In this document: one piece after another, positions 18,733-33,877 of the stretch
Position numbering within the stretch: the stretch's first letter is position 1
How the letters are laid out: each line of letters begins with the position of its first letter
Source of the DNA: the human T2T-CHM13v2.0 reference genome, Homo sapiens
Length of the DNA stretch: 64,000 bases
Reading direction: 5' to 3' (one strand)
NCBI RefSeq assembly: GCF_009914755.1
Contig: NC_060936.1
Program-made: the position numbers and the translations under genes
Notes under the pieces: generated by a model
The model's database searches: none
Told to the model about the DNA's origin: nothing
The model's input: only the letters and a program-made list of their open reading frames with translations

Positions 18733-18909
<177 letters not shown>

Positions 18910-19367
18910 TTAGCATTGGGCCCAAGGATTACTTAATCCATTGAGAAATGACATTGTTAACCAGTAGAGGAGTCAAATTATAACGGCAATGACAATAACA
19001 ATAGTGAACACATAGTGTGTGCTTATTGTGCACCAAAGACTTCACCAAGTACTTCATTTTGAGCCATCTTTCTTCTTTAGAGCCATCTTTGGAGGTAGAT
19101 ACTCCTATTATTTGCATTTTACAGATGAGGACACGGACGGCTTAGAACAGTGGTTTCAAGTACCTAAGGCTATTTGCAAACTTTCTTGGGAGTTCAAGTC
19201 ATAATTTTTGGAGAATCGGTTTTCAGATCCTCAAGTTCTAGATGCACTTCTTCCCCAAACTGGCTTAGCTGAGATCTGCCAGTTAGTGCTCCCTTCTCAT
19301 TTCCTCTTTCACAACTGTACTCCTGCCACTTTACAAACAAAAGACATATTTCTCATCCATTTCAAAT

Positions 19368-19662
19368 CTTTTTTCTTGAGATGGAGTCTTGCTCTGTCAT
19401 CCAGGATGGAGTACAGTGGTACGATCTCGCCCCACCACAACCTCCTCCTCCCGGGTTCAAACAATTCTCCTGCCTCAACCTCCCAAGTAGCTAGGATTAC
19501 AGGAGTGCACCACCACACCCAGCTAATTTTTTTTTTTATTTTTAGTAGAGACAGGGTTTTACCATGTTGGCCAGGATGGTCTTGAACTTCTGACCTCAGG
19601 TGATCCACCCACCTCGGCCTCCCAGAGTGCTGTGATTACAGGTGTGAGCCATCGTGCCGGCC
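19368..19662 (-). mobile_element. AluS element
   Basis: Reverse Alu dimer; flanking repeat ccatttcaa. Confidence 0.92.
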
Positions 19663-21405
19663 CCATTTCAAGTATTTGAAAGTGCTTGGGCCCTGGGATA
19701 TAAACTCCTAGTTGCCAATTCAAGGGATAATTTGGGAAAGACTTGTTCCTGTGATGAGGTCTGTTGGGAGCAAGGCCTTATTTCAACCAGGCACAAACTC
19801 ACAGCAAGGCTTTCACCCCTCTCTCTTGTCCATCTCTCATGCTGCCTCAGAGAACTCAGAAGGGCAACGGATGTCAGGGATAAGAAGCCTGCTGCGTTTA
19901 TTGTTTATTTGAATTGCAAAATGCTGACTTTTTTCCACCAGGGAGTTACATCTGATTAGCCTGATGGGTGAGACAGTGAGGAATGGCTTTGGCAATTATG
20001 TTACATAATGGACACTTTCCACAAAAGTATTTCCAAGCTGTAGTTCCAAGATTTTGATAGAAATGTTTTTAAAGCATTTTTACAACAAACTGGAAATTAT
20101 AGTCTTTGCAAGTATTTACATTTTGTGAGAAAAACATTTAGACAACAACTTTTAGTAGGTGATGGGGTATGTGGTTCTTTAAAATTATTATGGGGGTTCA
20201 AGTGGGGCTCGATTGTAGGTCTGATTCCATAGCTTGTGCTGTAATCATCACATACGCCTTCATCCACTACCTCAGGTTGTGACTTGTGTGTGTGCATGTG
20301 TATTTACATGGATGCGCTGGCTTGGAATATGGTATGTGTTTCTTACTGTACTTAAATCATTTAATACAGCAAACAGACCTGTACCCGCATTTTCAGGTAC
20401 AGTTAAATGGCCTGATTGCGTAAGATGATTCTGTCTCCATGATATCCCTGCTTCCTCTTCCCCATTCACTTTCTCTCCACCTGTTGTCGAAGCCTCTAAT
20501 GCCATTTTTGCTACTAGTTTAAAGCCCAAGCAGAGCAGGATATCTGAAGGATAATACTCTCTGATCAAAAGGATTTGATCTTAAGAACCCAGGGCAATGC
20601 CTACCACCACATGATGGAAATACTCTAAGAACCTTCTATTTTAGGACACCAAGGATTAGAAGACCTTGGAGCAGAGGAAATATTTACAGTTCAATGTCTC
20701 ATTCTCTTTTTCCTAGATAACTGCAAAAGTGTGGTTAGCCATCTGGGAAGAAGTCTTATGAATGCAGTTTTCTGTCAAAAGTGTTGACTTAAGGAAACAC
20801 AGATGTGTCTTCTCTTGAAGGGGAACTAAGTAGCTGTGAATTTCATCCTGGCTCCCTCTGATGGACTAACCATTTTCCCCTTCTGAACCAATCAAACCAA
20901 CCCCAAATACATGAAGTCTCAGCTTTTATAATACAAAGAGTTTGGGGAAGCCTGTACCTCACTTAAACTGGTTTCAACCCTCAACCTTTCAAAGAGCCAA
21001 TGCTAATTGGTGGTGTCTTCCTGGAGTATCCTTTTCTGATAAACATTAACCCCGATGACCACTGAGTTCCCTGGTGAAATTTCAACATTTTAGACTGATT
21101 TTCTTTCCAACTGTTGTATGTATAATAAGTAGTTCTTGGAGACTTAGGCAAGAGTGCAAGAATGGGCTTGAGCAGATGTGCACCACCATCAGTAGGAAAC
21201 TGCTAACCTTGAAAGGCATGTGTATCTCTAATAAGGATGCCTTGTCTTAATAAGCACTATTAAATGATTATTGCATTACAACAAAGCAGAGAAAGAAAAG
21301 GGGATAAGATTCAAATCTCTGGGTGAAATGTAAAGTCAGAAAACCTGATCCCAGCTCTTCTCTAGTCCGTGCTACGCTGACCCAGAGATTAAAGTAAGAA
21401 AAGTT

Positions 21406-21845
21406 GACCAGGTGCGGTGGCTCACGCCTAGCACTTTGGGAAGCCAAGACAGGCAGATCGCTTGAGCTTAGGAGTTTGAGACCAGCCTGGGCAATAATCC
21501 GTCTCTACAAAGAAAAAAAAGACAAATCCCAAACCCCTCAAAATTAGCTGGGCATGGTGGCGCATGCCAGCTACTTGGGGGGCTGAGGCAAGAAGATTGC
21601 TTAAGTCTGGTTGTTGAGGCTGCAGTGAGCCAAGTTTGCACCACTGCACTCCAGTCTGGGTGACAAAGTGAGATCCTATCTCCAAAAAATAAAAGTAACT
21701 GGGCATGGTTATGCATATCTGTAATACCAGCTACTTGAGAGGCTAAGAGGATCCCTTGAGCCCAGGAGTTCGAGACCAGTCTGAGCAACATAAAAAGACC
21801 CTGTCTCAAAAATAAATAAATAAACAAATAAATAAAACTTAATAA
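21406..21845 (+). mobile_element. AluJ-like element plus an adjacent monomeric (FLAM-like) Alu
   Basis: Diverged dimer to ~21690, then a left-arm-like monomer ending in an (AAAT)-rich tail. Confidence 0.82.
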
Positions 21846-22431
21846 AAGTAAGAAAAGACCAAGGTTCAAATCCTAGCTTAGCCACTTCCTCACTTCACAG
21901 CCTGGCCAATTAACCTCAGTGTAAAATGGGGATAACAATAGGTAGTTTACCAGGTTGATAAGAAAATGAAGAAGAATGAATGCACACCTTATGAAAGTGC
22001 CTAGAACACAAGGAGGTTTTAATGAACACAGATGCCCATTGTTACTATATACTAAGCCCTTCAACCTCTCAAGATCTCAGTTTCCTTATCTTTAAAGTAG
22101 GGAGACAAGGAAAAGAGGTAAGTCTCAGCATCATTAATGCAGTAAACACTTGGGTGTCTCTTAAGTATCAGATACTATATATCAGGAACTAAAATGCAAA
22201 GGGAAATAAAACTGATTCCTGTCCTCAAAAACTGCATTGTTTGGTATATGTATAGGAGAAGGAGAAGAAAGAGGCATAGAAAGTGAGTTCTAGTAGCATG
22301 TGAAAGTGTCATCCTTTTAGTCTTAATGCGCTAATATGGAAGGACAGAGACAGGTTTGGGGATTAGAAGGTGGGTCATGAAGGGTGCCAAAGGAAAAATG
22401 ACATATAAGCTTGCAGTTAGATAGCAGGTCA

Positions 22432-22932
<501 letters not shown>

Positions 22933-23159
22933 TTACCATGTGTACTTATTCCTCCCCATAGGAGGAATGTGATTTACCCAACTGGTGAGTTTTGGAAAAG
23001 AACATTGGGCATGTCACTCAGCCCATTCCTGGCTTTCTCTGGACGCTTTCTCTCCCACTGCTGCTGTGCTGTGCGGTAAGCAAGCCTGGGTCACAATCTT
23101 GGGGCTCTCTGAGCTTGATGGAGGCAAGAAAAGGCATGACTAGGCAGTTGGATAACCAT

Positions 23160-23590
23160 GGCAGACTACCTGTTGCTCATCAGAACATTCATTCTCTTCT
23201 TCGTCCTTAGTACCAGAATACCAGTTTCGGGGTGAGCAAATTATTGCTCAGACTAAAACTATACTTCTTAGCTTCTCTCAAAGCTAAGTGCAACTTAGTG
23301 AAATGTTCTGGTCAATGACGTAGCTAAGGGGACTTCTGAGAAGGCTCCTTACATCTTTGCTACTGCTGTCTGGAATGCAAATGAAATTGCTGGAGCCCCA
23401 GTAACTGTCTTGGACTATGAGGTGACCCCAAGGATGAAAGTCAAGTGCTAAGCAAAACAGAGCCGAAATATTTAGAAGCATGGGCCTCTGATGACACTGT
23501 GGAGTTACATACCAGCTCGAAGTGCCTGTTTCTTTATAATGTAAGTCAATGTATTATTAGAGTTTTCAGTTCTCTTCAGCTGAACCTAAT
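23160..23590 (+). mobile_element. MLT1-like (ERVL-MaLR) LTR fragment
   Basis: tctggaatgca...gctggagcccc...actatgaggtgacc...gggcctctgatgacactgtggag...cagctgaacctaatc. Confidence 0.6.
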
Positions 23591-24637
23591 CTCATTGATT
23601 GGTAACCAGTTCAGTTATGGTTTGCTGTGTAGATCTGACTTGCGTCTTATTTAAATTTAAATGTCTAGACTTGGGTTGAGGGTAGGAAAATAATTATCCT
23701 GATTCTGGCTGCAGGACCAATCCAGCTTTTTCTAGCAAAAAAATAAAATGAAATGCTGATATTTTAATCCATAGCTGACTCTCATTTCTATTTCTCAATG
23801 GATTTGAAACCGATTAAGAGGTTAATTAACATATCAAAATACCTAGTGTTATCAAGATACCAAAATGCAAAGCTTGCTTAGAGAATTGTGAGATATTCCG
23901 GGTATGTGTACTAAAAGGTACTGCAAGGAAGTGTCAGCAGATGGACTGACAAAGTATTTGGGGACTAGATTACAAAGAACCCTGTGTTTTAAACTGAAGA
24001 CCTTTGACTTTATCCTATAACAATAGATAACCATCAAAAGAGGGTTTTTTTGGTTTAAGGGAGTGGCATGACTAGATTTGGTTTTGCTAAAGATTATAGA
24101 TAGAAATGTGGGAAAAGATGCTCAAAGTAAGAAGATAAGTGAGGAAGGAGTTACCATATTTCATCAGGCCTGAAACAAAGGCAGTGGCAATGGAGGGACA
24201 TCAGAGATGCTAAGTGAGTAGAGGGAGTGAGATACCTGGGTCCTGATGACACCATGGGAAAAATAAATCCTGATGTTGCTTAAATGCCATCACTTAAATT
24301 TTGTTTCGTATGTAGAAGAAAATCTTCAAATCAGCTAAACTTGACCTTTAACTGATACAGCTGGCTGGTGATACCATGATTTAAAAGAGGGAATATCTGA
24401 GGAAAATTATGTTTAGGTAAAAGGCAAACCTGTTGCCATTACTGATAAAAAGTTAACAGGCTCTGAGGAATATTCCTTTACACCAGGAGTCAAGCTTAAA
24501 AGCCAGGGAATAAATGAGGCAGCCCAGGCGTAAGAAAAAATCAACTGCCAGATAGATAATGAAATTTTTTTTGTTGTTGAATGATGGTGTAAGCACATGA
24601 AATACACATATAATATTGGAAACTACATTTTAAATTA

Positions 24638-25024
<387 letters not shown>

Positions 25025-25052
25025 GTATGGTCCTAAGTCATTTCTCCTTTGG

Positions 25053-25365
25053 ATTATTTATTTATTTATTTATTTTTTTATTTAGACACAGAATCTCACT
25101 CTATCGCCCAGGCTGGAGTGCAGCAGCATGACCTTGGCTCACTGTAACCTCCACTTCCCAGGTTCAAGCAATTCTCCTGCCTCAGCTTCCTGAGTAGCTG
25201 GGATTACAGACACGCACCACCACACCCAGCTAATTTTTGAATTTTTAGTAGAGACAGGGTTTCACCATGTTGGCCAGGCTGATTTCGAACTCCTGACTTC
25301 AAGTGATTGCCTGCCTTGGCCTCCCAAAGTGCTGGGATTACAGATGTGGGCCTGCATGCCTGGCC
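25053..25365 (-). mobile_element. AluS element
   Basis: Reverse Alu dimer; flanking repeat ctcctttgg. Confidence 0.92.
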
Positions 25366-25808
25366 TCCTTTGGTTTAGAATTGGCAACTTTTTCTTCTTT
25401 CCTTCTTTATTTTACATCTGGGTTTCCATATCTGATCTTATACTTTGTATCCTAATAGGAGGTATAAAATTTAGTCCAGATTCCTTTCACTGATATTAAT
25501 GTTTAGTTTTATTTATTTGCATAATGGAAAACAGGTCTTCATAAAAAATAGGTCTTTATTTGCACAAGTGGAAAACAGCAAAGTAGGTATTTCTGAAAGT
25601 AGATGGAATCTTGATAGGATGATTTTTATTTTTAGGGTAACTATGCCTTAGATATTTGTAAAATTCTAACATTCCAACCTTGTAATATTTGGTTTTCTGT
25701 ACTAATACAGATTAATATTTGTAGCTTTTAATTCATACCCAGCATTAATTTAGAAAAGTGAACTAATCAGTGTGGGTTCATATTCATAAAGTTTAGAATT
25801 CAATTTTC

Positions 25809-26209
<401 letters not shown>

Positions 26210-26329
26210 TTAATTCGCTGCCAAATTTGTTTTCTAAAGACCCAGTTTTGTGAAGGATGAGAAAATCAAATCATATGTTTGTGTAACTATTTGTAATTGA
26301 TCTTGCCAAGAAATATTCAAAGTATTCAG

Positions 26330-27830
26330 ATGAGGCTGTGATCTAAATGTCAATGCAAAGACAGTTCTCTCTTCTCTCAGAAATCACCTCAAGACAAAAA
26401 GTAATGATAAATAACAGAATGCAACCTCCATCTTAATCACAACTAGAGTGTTCATGTAATCTCAGACCATAATACATAAGAAAATACATAATACATAAAT
26501 CCAGTGGAAGTCAAATGGGAAGGGGGTGGTGGTGGTAAGAAGTGGAGAGAAGACACCTATGGCCAGGACTACCAAACTACTCTTTGGTAGACAACTCAGT
26601 CTACCAAAGCAGGGGCGGTGGCATGAGGCAAAACTCCAATGCTTTGTTTGGAACACCAGTATGCACTGCATGGCTGGTGGCAGAAAGTACATGTGATCCC
26701 ATCTGGCATCAAGGTAAAGTCAGGGAAAGAGAACACATGTCACAGACTGAAGGGAGCAATTGCTCAATGAGGCAGGATAGCAGAGAGGAATTCTGTTTTG
26801 TGAGCAGCCTGCTGTTGCTGCTCTCTGGTAGCTGGGGAAGAATTTACTCACACATACCATGCTGGAACTGGGGTGTGTTTGGTACCTTGGAAACAGAGCC
26901 TCTAGCAGCTTCCAGTTCAGGAAGAACTCATCTCATTCAGTGGTGAGCAGTAATTGAAAAGGAATTGGCATAACATGTATACCAAGTAAATATCAGACAA
27001 ATGAGAGCAAAGGCATAGAAAAACAAAGCGATAGCAGATGAAGAATACTCATGAGAAAAAGCCTGGTTCAGAGCAAATGATAAACATGACCAATCAGAAA
27101 TAATCACAAAATTTAAAAAATACACAGCAAAGCCATCACCTCTATAAAACAAGAGATCAAAGCAGAAATATAAGAACTCTAGAGAAATTGGGCAAGGCAA
27201 GATGATGATGAAACATGAGCTTGTAGAGATCAGAAGAGAAACGAAAGAGAAAAATAAAATCCTGCTAATGAGTAGAGGAGGATACCATTGGGTTTCTACT
27301 CTGTGCTATCCTCTGTATGATTTGTATTCTTTAATGACATTAAATAAAGTTGGACTCTGACTGCACATGTTGGTGTCCTTTCAGTTATCATCCTTATGAA
27401 AACACAAAGAAGGAATATATCCTTATAAAGCAATGAAAATAAATAAATCATGCATCCAACTTAAGTCATAAAAGGAATAAAATTTAAAAGGAACTGAATG
27501 AAAGAGTAAAATTAAAAGTAAAATTGTACGTAAAAAAAAAAACTAGAGTAAAACTAATAAATAAATGCAAGAGTCAGTTCTCTGGGAAAAAATAAAAACC
27601 AAACAAAGAAATCAAATAAACTGTTACTAATCGAATCATGGGGAAAATAATAAAACCACAAATATACCAATTAAGGAACAATATTATGGATATAATTATA
27701 GAAACTGAGAAAATAAAAAATTAAAAAAGAGATTAATTATATAAAATACATTTGACATCTGGATGAAATAATTTCATTTTCTGAGAGAAAACAAATGATC
27801 AAAATGACCTCAAAAGGGAGAAAAATAAGA
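26330..27830 (+). mobile_element. Highly decayed L1M(E)-like remnant
   Basis: Strong A-rich strand bias with L1 ORF2-like fragments (ataaatgcaagagtcagttctctgggaaaaaa; ctggatgaaataatttcattttctgagag). Confidence 0.5.
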
Positions 27831-28679
27831 TAGAAATATAGCTATCTGAGTTGAGAGTCCAAAGTTACAGAGAGCACAAGAGCTATTCAGCCCGCGAGCA
27901 TGGCAGTCTATGTACCACCACCAATTTGCCAGTCTCCTCTTGTATTGACCTTTGCTAAATCCAAGTAAAGCAGTCATAGGGTTTTCTCAGAGTTAGAAGG
28001 AAGAATTAATAAGATGCAAGGAGGCCAAATGCCTAAGATTTTGATAAGGCAGAAGGGCATGAGGCATCTAATGGGCAAGACAATGGGGGGTGAAAGAAGC
28101 TGACCTGGAGGCCAACTGGAAGAAGTCAGCCACACAGTGGAACTGAGAATCAGCCCCTTGTGGGACTTCCTTAAACATATCCCTTCTTTCCCCACAAGGT
28201 TTCGTCATTCCATTCTATTTCCCTTTTCACTAACGAAGTGATAGGGCCACTGTTTGTTTATTTGTTAACTGACTGTCCCTTCAGCTGGGTAACCTCTTCC
28301 ATGGGAGCAGAGACCATGTCTCCTTTGTCCAAGAGTGTATCCACATGGTCTATGGGCCTGATATTGAGCCAGTCATTACATACTGGTTGAAGGAATGAAT
28401 GGAGCAAGCTTGATATTTTAGAGAAGAAGGAGAGAACAGTAAGGAATGTTGCTGCAAAGACATCGATTTCCAGCCCCAGGAGGAAAATGTGCATTATGGA
28501 GTCTCCTGGGAACAAGGCAACTATTACAGCCTTAAAGGGAACAGAGAGAATGTGCAGGGGCTTCCTGGAACAAGGCAGAGAGCCTGCTGAGAGGCTGGAG
28601 GGACAGGTTGGAGAGATAAGCTGTATCTCACAACATAATATTGAATAGGAAAAATAAAAGTGTGGTTCTATGCCTTGCT

Positions 28680-28985
28680 TTTATTTTTGTTTTAATTTTT
28701 TTTGAGACGTAGTCTTGTTCTATTGCCCAGGCTGGAGTGCAGTGGCATGATCTTGGCTCACTGCAATCTCCGCCTCCTGGTTCAAGCGATTCTCCTGCCT
28801 CAGCCTCCCGAGTAGCTGGGATTACAGGTGTGTGCCACCACGCCTGGCTAGTTTTTGTATTTTTAGTAGAGATGGGGTTTCGCCACGTTGCTCAGGCTGG
28901 TCTTGAACTCCTGACCTCAGGTGATTTGCCCACCTCAGCCTCCCAAAGTGCTGGGAATATAGGCCTGAGCCACTGCACCCAGCTG
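28680..28985 (-). mobile_element. AluSx-like element
   Basis: Reverse Alu dimer; flanking repeat tgccttgctttt. Confidence 0.92.
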
Positions 28986-29319
28986 TGCCTTGCTTTTAAA
29001 AAGTCAACCTCACAAGCACAATCTGGAGAGATGCAGTTTAACTGAATATCACGGGTAAAGAAAAAAAAACACATTCACAAGACTTTGAGATCTCGGTAAA
29101 CTGTAAGCGCAAAATGAGTGACAGATGTGCCATGACCACTAAAATTCTTATGTTGAGGTAGGTGTCATTGATCAGTTCTCCTGTCTTCAATGATGCCAGT
29201 GACCAGCTTGCTTTGCTCCGGGCTGTCGGGCTGTTGTGTGATTTTCCTTTCTGAATGTTACACTTTAACGGGTACACAGGTAAACTGAAGCACATTCGTA
29301 AGGGAGGTCCACAGGACGA

Positions 29320-29710
29320 TACAGATACTCGTCAGTAAATTATAGAAGACACAGTTAAAGGAACTGGGGCTATTTTGCTTGGAGAAGGAAAGCCTCAACA
29401 GAGACCCAATAGCTGTCTTCGAGTATCTAAGGGGCTGTCAGGAGAAGAGGCTTTAGTCTAGTGCAGAATGACCTTGAGGGTATAGCCAGGACTATTAGGC
29501 ATACTGCAGCTCAATACAAGTGAGAGCTTTAGAGTCATCAGAGCTACGTGGAGATGGGGGGCTGCCTCAGCACAAGGAACAACCTGTCACCTTGGGCATT
29601 CAAGTCCATGCAGCGTGTCTTGGCGTGCAGTGAGGCAGGACCTGGCACCAAGGGCTGCACTGGACATCAGACTAGCTGACTCCTAAACCCTTTCCAAACC
29701 TGAAATCCTG
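29320..29710 (+). mobile_element. CR1/L3 LINE 3' fragment
   Basis: aaggaactggggctattttgcttggagaaggaaag...atagctgtcttcgagtatctaaggggctgtca...ccctttccaaacctgaaatcctg. Confidence 0.65.
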
Positions 29711-31026
29711 CCTTCAGCTCCCATGTTCGTCACAAGAATTAATGGGGATTAGTTATGTGAAAGTGCTTTGTAAACTCTAGAGTGTTCTATATATATAAAG
29801 GGTTATTACTATTTTTTCATTACCTTGGAGTACTTCGATTCTATCCTGATTGCCATTGTCTCTACTTATCCCTTAGTTCCCTTCAACCTCATAAAAATGT
29901 CTAAATTATAAATGCAAAATGTAATATTATGACTATGATTCAAAATTTCAAAATGCTTCACAAATAGTAAATGGTTTTTCATCTTTTACTAGTGAGGGGC
30001 AGGTCCTATATTCAGTTTGCTTCTCATGGTCCTGTGTCTGTGGTTTCAAGGGATGGAGTAGCTAAGGTCTTACAGATCACCTTACAGGGAAGAACTAATT
30101 AATATCAATAGCACCCTCACAAAAATCTCTGGTAACAAAAATATCTCTACATTAATAAGCAATACACAAAAAATACACAAATAAATAACCAATACACAAT
30201 AAATTGATAAATAAACCTGAGTCTACTCTGATAGAATGTGACTTCTGTCCTTTACTCAGTGTCTTCTGGTGGCCCATCAATTCTCAGGCAATCAGAAGGT
30301 CTGTTATTTGGTGGCATAGGTGAACTTGTCACAAGGTATTATGACTTGGAAAAATTAATTGCCAGATAAAGCCCCAATTCTACTTAGGTGTTCAAAGTAT
30401 TTTCCCCACCTAACTCCAGTATCATCTCTAATGAAAGTAACAACTTGACAACTTTGAAATATCATCTCCTTTCATTTTTTTTTCCAGTTTTTTCTCCCTT
30501 CCATTTTTGTTTTTTGTTCACCAGAGGACTTAACAGAGAGTGACACAACATAGGCAGGCTGAGAGAAGGAAACTAGGAAAACCAGGAGAGAGCAAACTGG
30601 ATACAGACACTCCTAAAAAGTACAGTTAACTCAGTGACAAAGCAGCCCTCACACCAATGTGTTCTCTAAACTGTTTATGTGTTTTATTATTTGACTGACT
30701 GAAACCCAGAGCAAACAAGGGATTCAGAGGCTGGAATTTACATAGAACATGAGAGAAGGTAAGGCTCAGATGAGGAGAAATACCAAGAAGTTTTGACATA
30801 CTTCTCTTGTTGATGCTACGGATCACTGGGAAGAAAATATTTTTTAAAAGAAGCTATTAGTTTATGCTCTGTATTCAGTCTGACACCTTTTATGTGTTTA
30901 TATTCCATGAGTGAGGCTTTTTAATGTAGATAGTATTTCTTCACATGACGATGACACCTATGAAGAAAAATCTACTCTATACTTTCCTATATTGTGATTA
31001 TAGTGCTCTAATTATAAACATTCAGG

Positions 31027-31323
31027 GAAAGGGCATGGTGGCTCATGCCTATTATCCTAGCACTTTGGGAGGCCAAGATGGGAGGATTGCTGGAGGCCAG
31101 AAGTTTGATACCAGCCTGGAGAACATGACAAGACCCCGTATCTACAAAAATTTAAAAATCAGCTGGGTGTGGTGGTGTGTGCACATAGTCTCAGCTACTG
31201 AGGAGACTGAGGCAGCAAGATCCCTTGAGTCCAGGAGTTTGAGACTATAATGAACTATGATGGTGCCAGGGTATTCTAGCTGGGGTGACAGAGTGAGACC
31301 CAGTCTCTAAAAGAAAAAAAAAA
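31027..31323 (+). mobile_element. AluJ-like element
   Basis: Diverged Alu dimer with gggaggattgct and poly-A. Confidence 0.88.
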
Positions 31324-31687
31324 GTCAGGAGTGTGCAGGAATAAATAGAGTCACAAATCATTGGCTAATCTCTTATGCACCTCTTCCAAACTCCCCAATC
31401 CATCTTTGTGGAAAGCTTGCTGAAAAATAAGGCAATGGGGCCTGTATTGAACGAGCCACTTTATTGTATGGTTTGCCTCACATTAATCTAAGCTTGAAGG
31501 ACAAGCCCTGGATGGGATACTTGGCCATCAGTAGACCTAATGGAGGCCTGTTAGTGTTTGGTAAAGGTTAATGCCTTATAAGCACTAGAAGAAAATGCAT
31601 GGCCAGCAGAGTGTAAGTATTCAATGTGTTCAATATGATTATGGCTGCACCAAAGCAGACACAAGTTAAAGAAAGATATTCTCCTCA

Positions 31688-31987
<300 letters not shown>

Positions 31988-32128
31988 TCAGAGTAAATTT
32001 AAATAAAAATATACCAAAATACTCCGTGGCTAGAGATTTGTTTCCCTAGAATTACACACAGACACTAGCACATTCTTTCAAGGAAGAAAATGCACTGGAA
32101 ATCCTTAATTGTGGCTTTCAATTCACTA

Positions 32129-32356
<228 letters not shown>

Positions 32357-32580
32357 TCATCATAATAAAGACTTGGTAAGGATCTCCAGAAGTCCCTTCT
32401 TGCTTTCTCCTGGGCAATGTTATAAGATAACTGCATCTGTTGTGGATTACTTTTTAGTTTCCAATAAAATTTTAAAAATTGTTTTAATTAGTTATTAAAA
32501 TGAACTGTGTTTTTTAATTCCAAGAAAGCTGAGTCATTGGTTAAGCACCCTAAAAATCCCAAGAAAATGAACAATGTTGA

Positions 32581-32929
<349 letters not shown>

Positions 32930-33664
32930 TGTATGAGCTAATTTCTAAGGTACACTGCAGCTCCAACATTTTGCAATGCTGTGTCTCTATTTTGCTAGCC
33001 ACTGTTTTCAACTGTTAGCAGGAACAATGCATTTGTGTATTCCTGAGCTAGGTTACTGGAGGGCAGATTTGCTTATAGGGTTTGTTATATGTCCAACAAC
33101 ACATCTCAGAAAGAAATGCAGTTTAGCGGAGGGTGGGGAGTGGGTGTGTGTGTACATCATTGCCAAAGGAAAAAATGGACATTCCAGCTTTTAAGACATT
33201 ATTAAAATGGGTTATACACTTTGTTTCCCATAATCCTTGAAGATGATGTCTGTATCATCCTTTTCTGAAAACACAGCAGCTAAGTGTGGCACCTGTCAGG
33301 TAACAGAGGCTCAGCAAGTGTTTGCTGAATGAAATTGGACAAGCTGTTCAACCTCCCTGAACTTTAGTTTCCTCCTCTCAAAATGGACACAATACAAATC
33401 CACCTTCAGTCAATTGTGGTCAGCTTATACATTTCAGAGAGTAGTATCAATGCTAAGCCCAAGACGTCTTTTACTGCCTGTAAGATGCCCCTCAGAGTCA
33501 AGTCGGAACTCTGCCTGAGAGTTCTCAGGCTCTAAGATCAATCCTTTGTGCAGATTTTTAAAAGCCAACAGATAACCACAGAGAGAGGAGCATGTTTTTA
33601 TGTGGTTGTGAGGAAGGAAGCCCGTCTCAGACACAGGTAATTATAACAGTTACTTCAAATTTTA

Positions 33665-33877
<213 letters not shown>

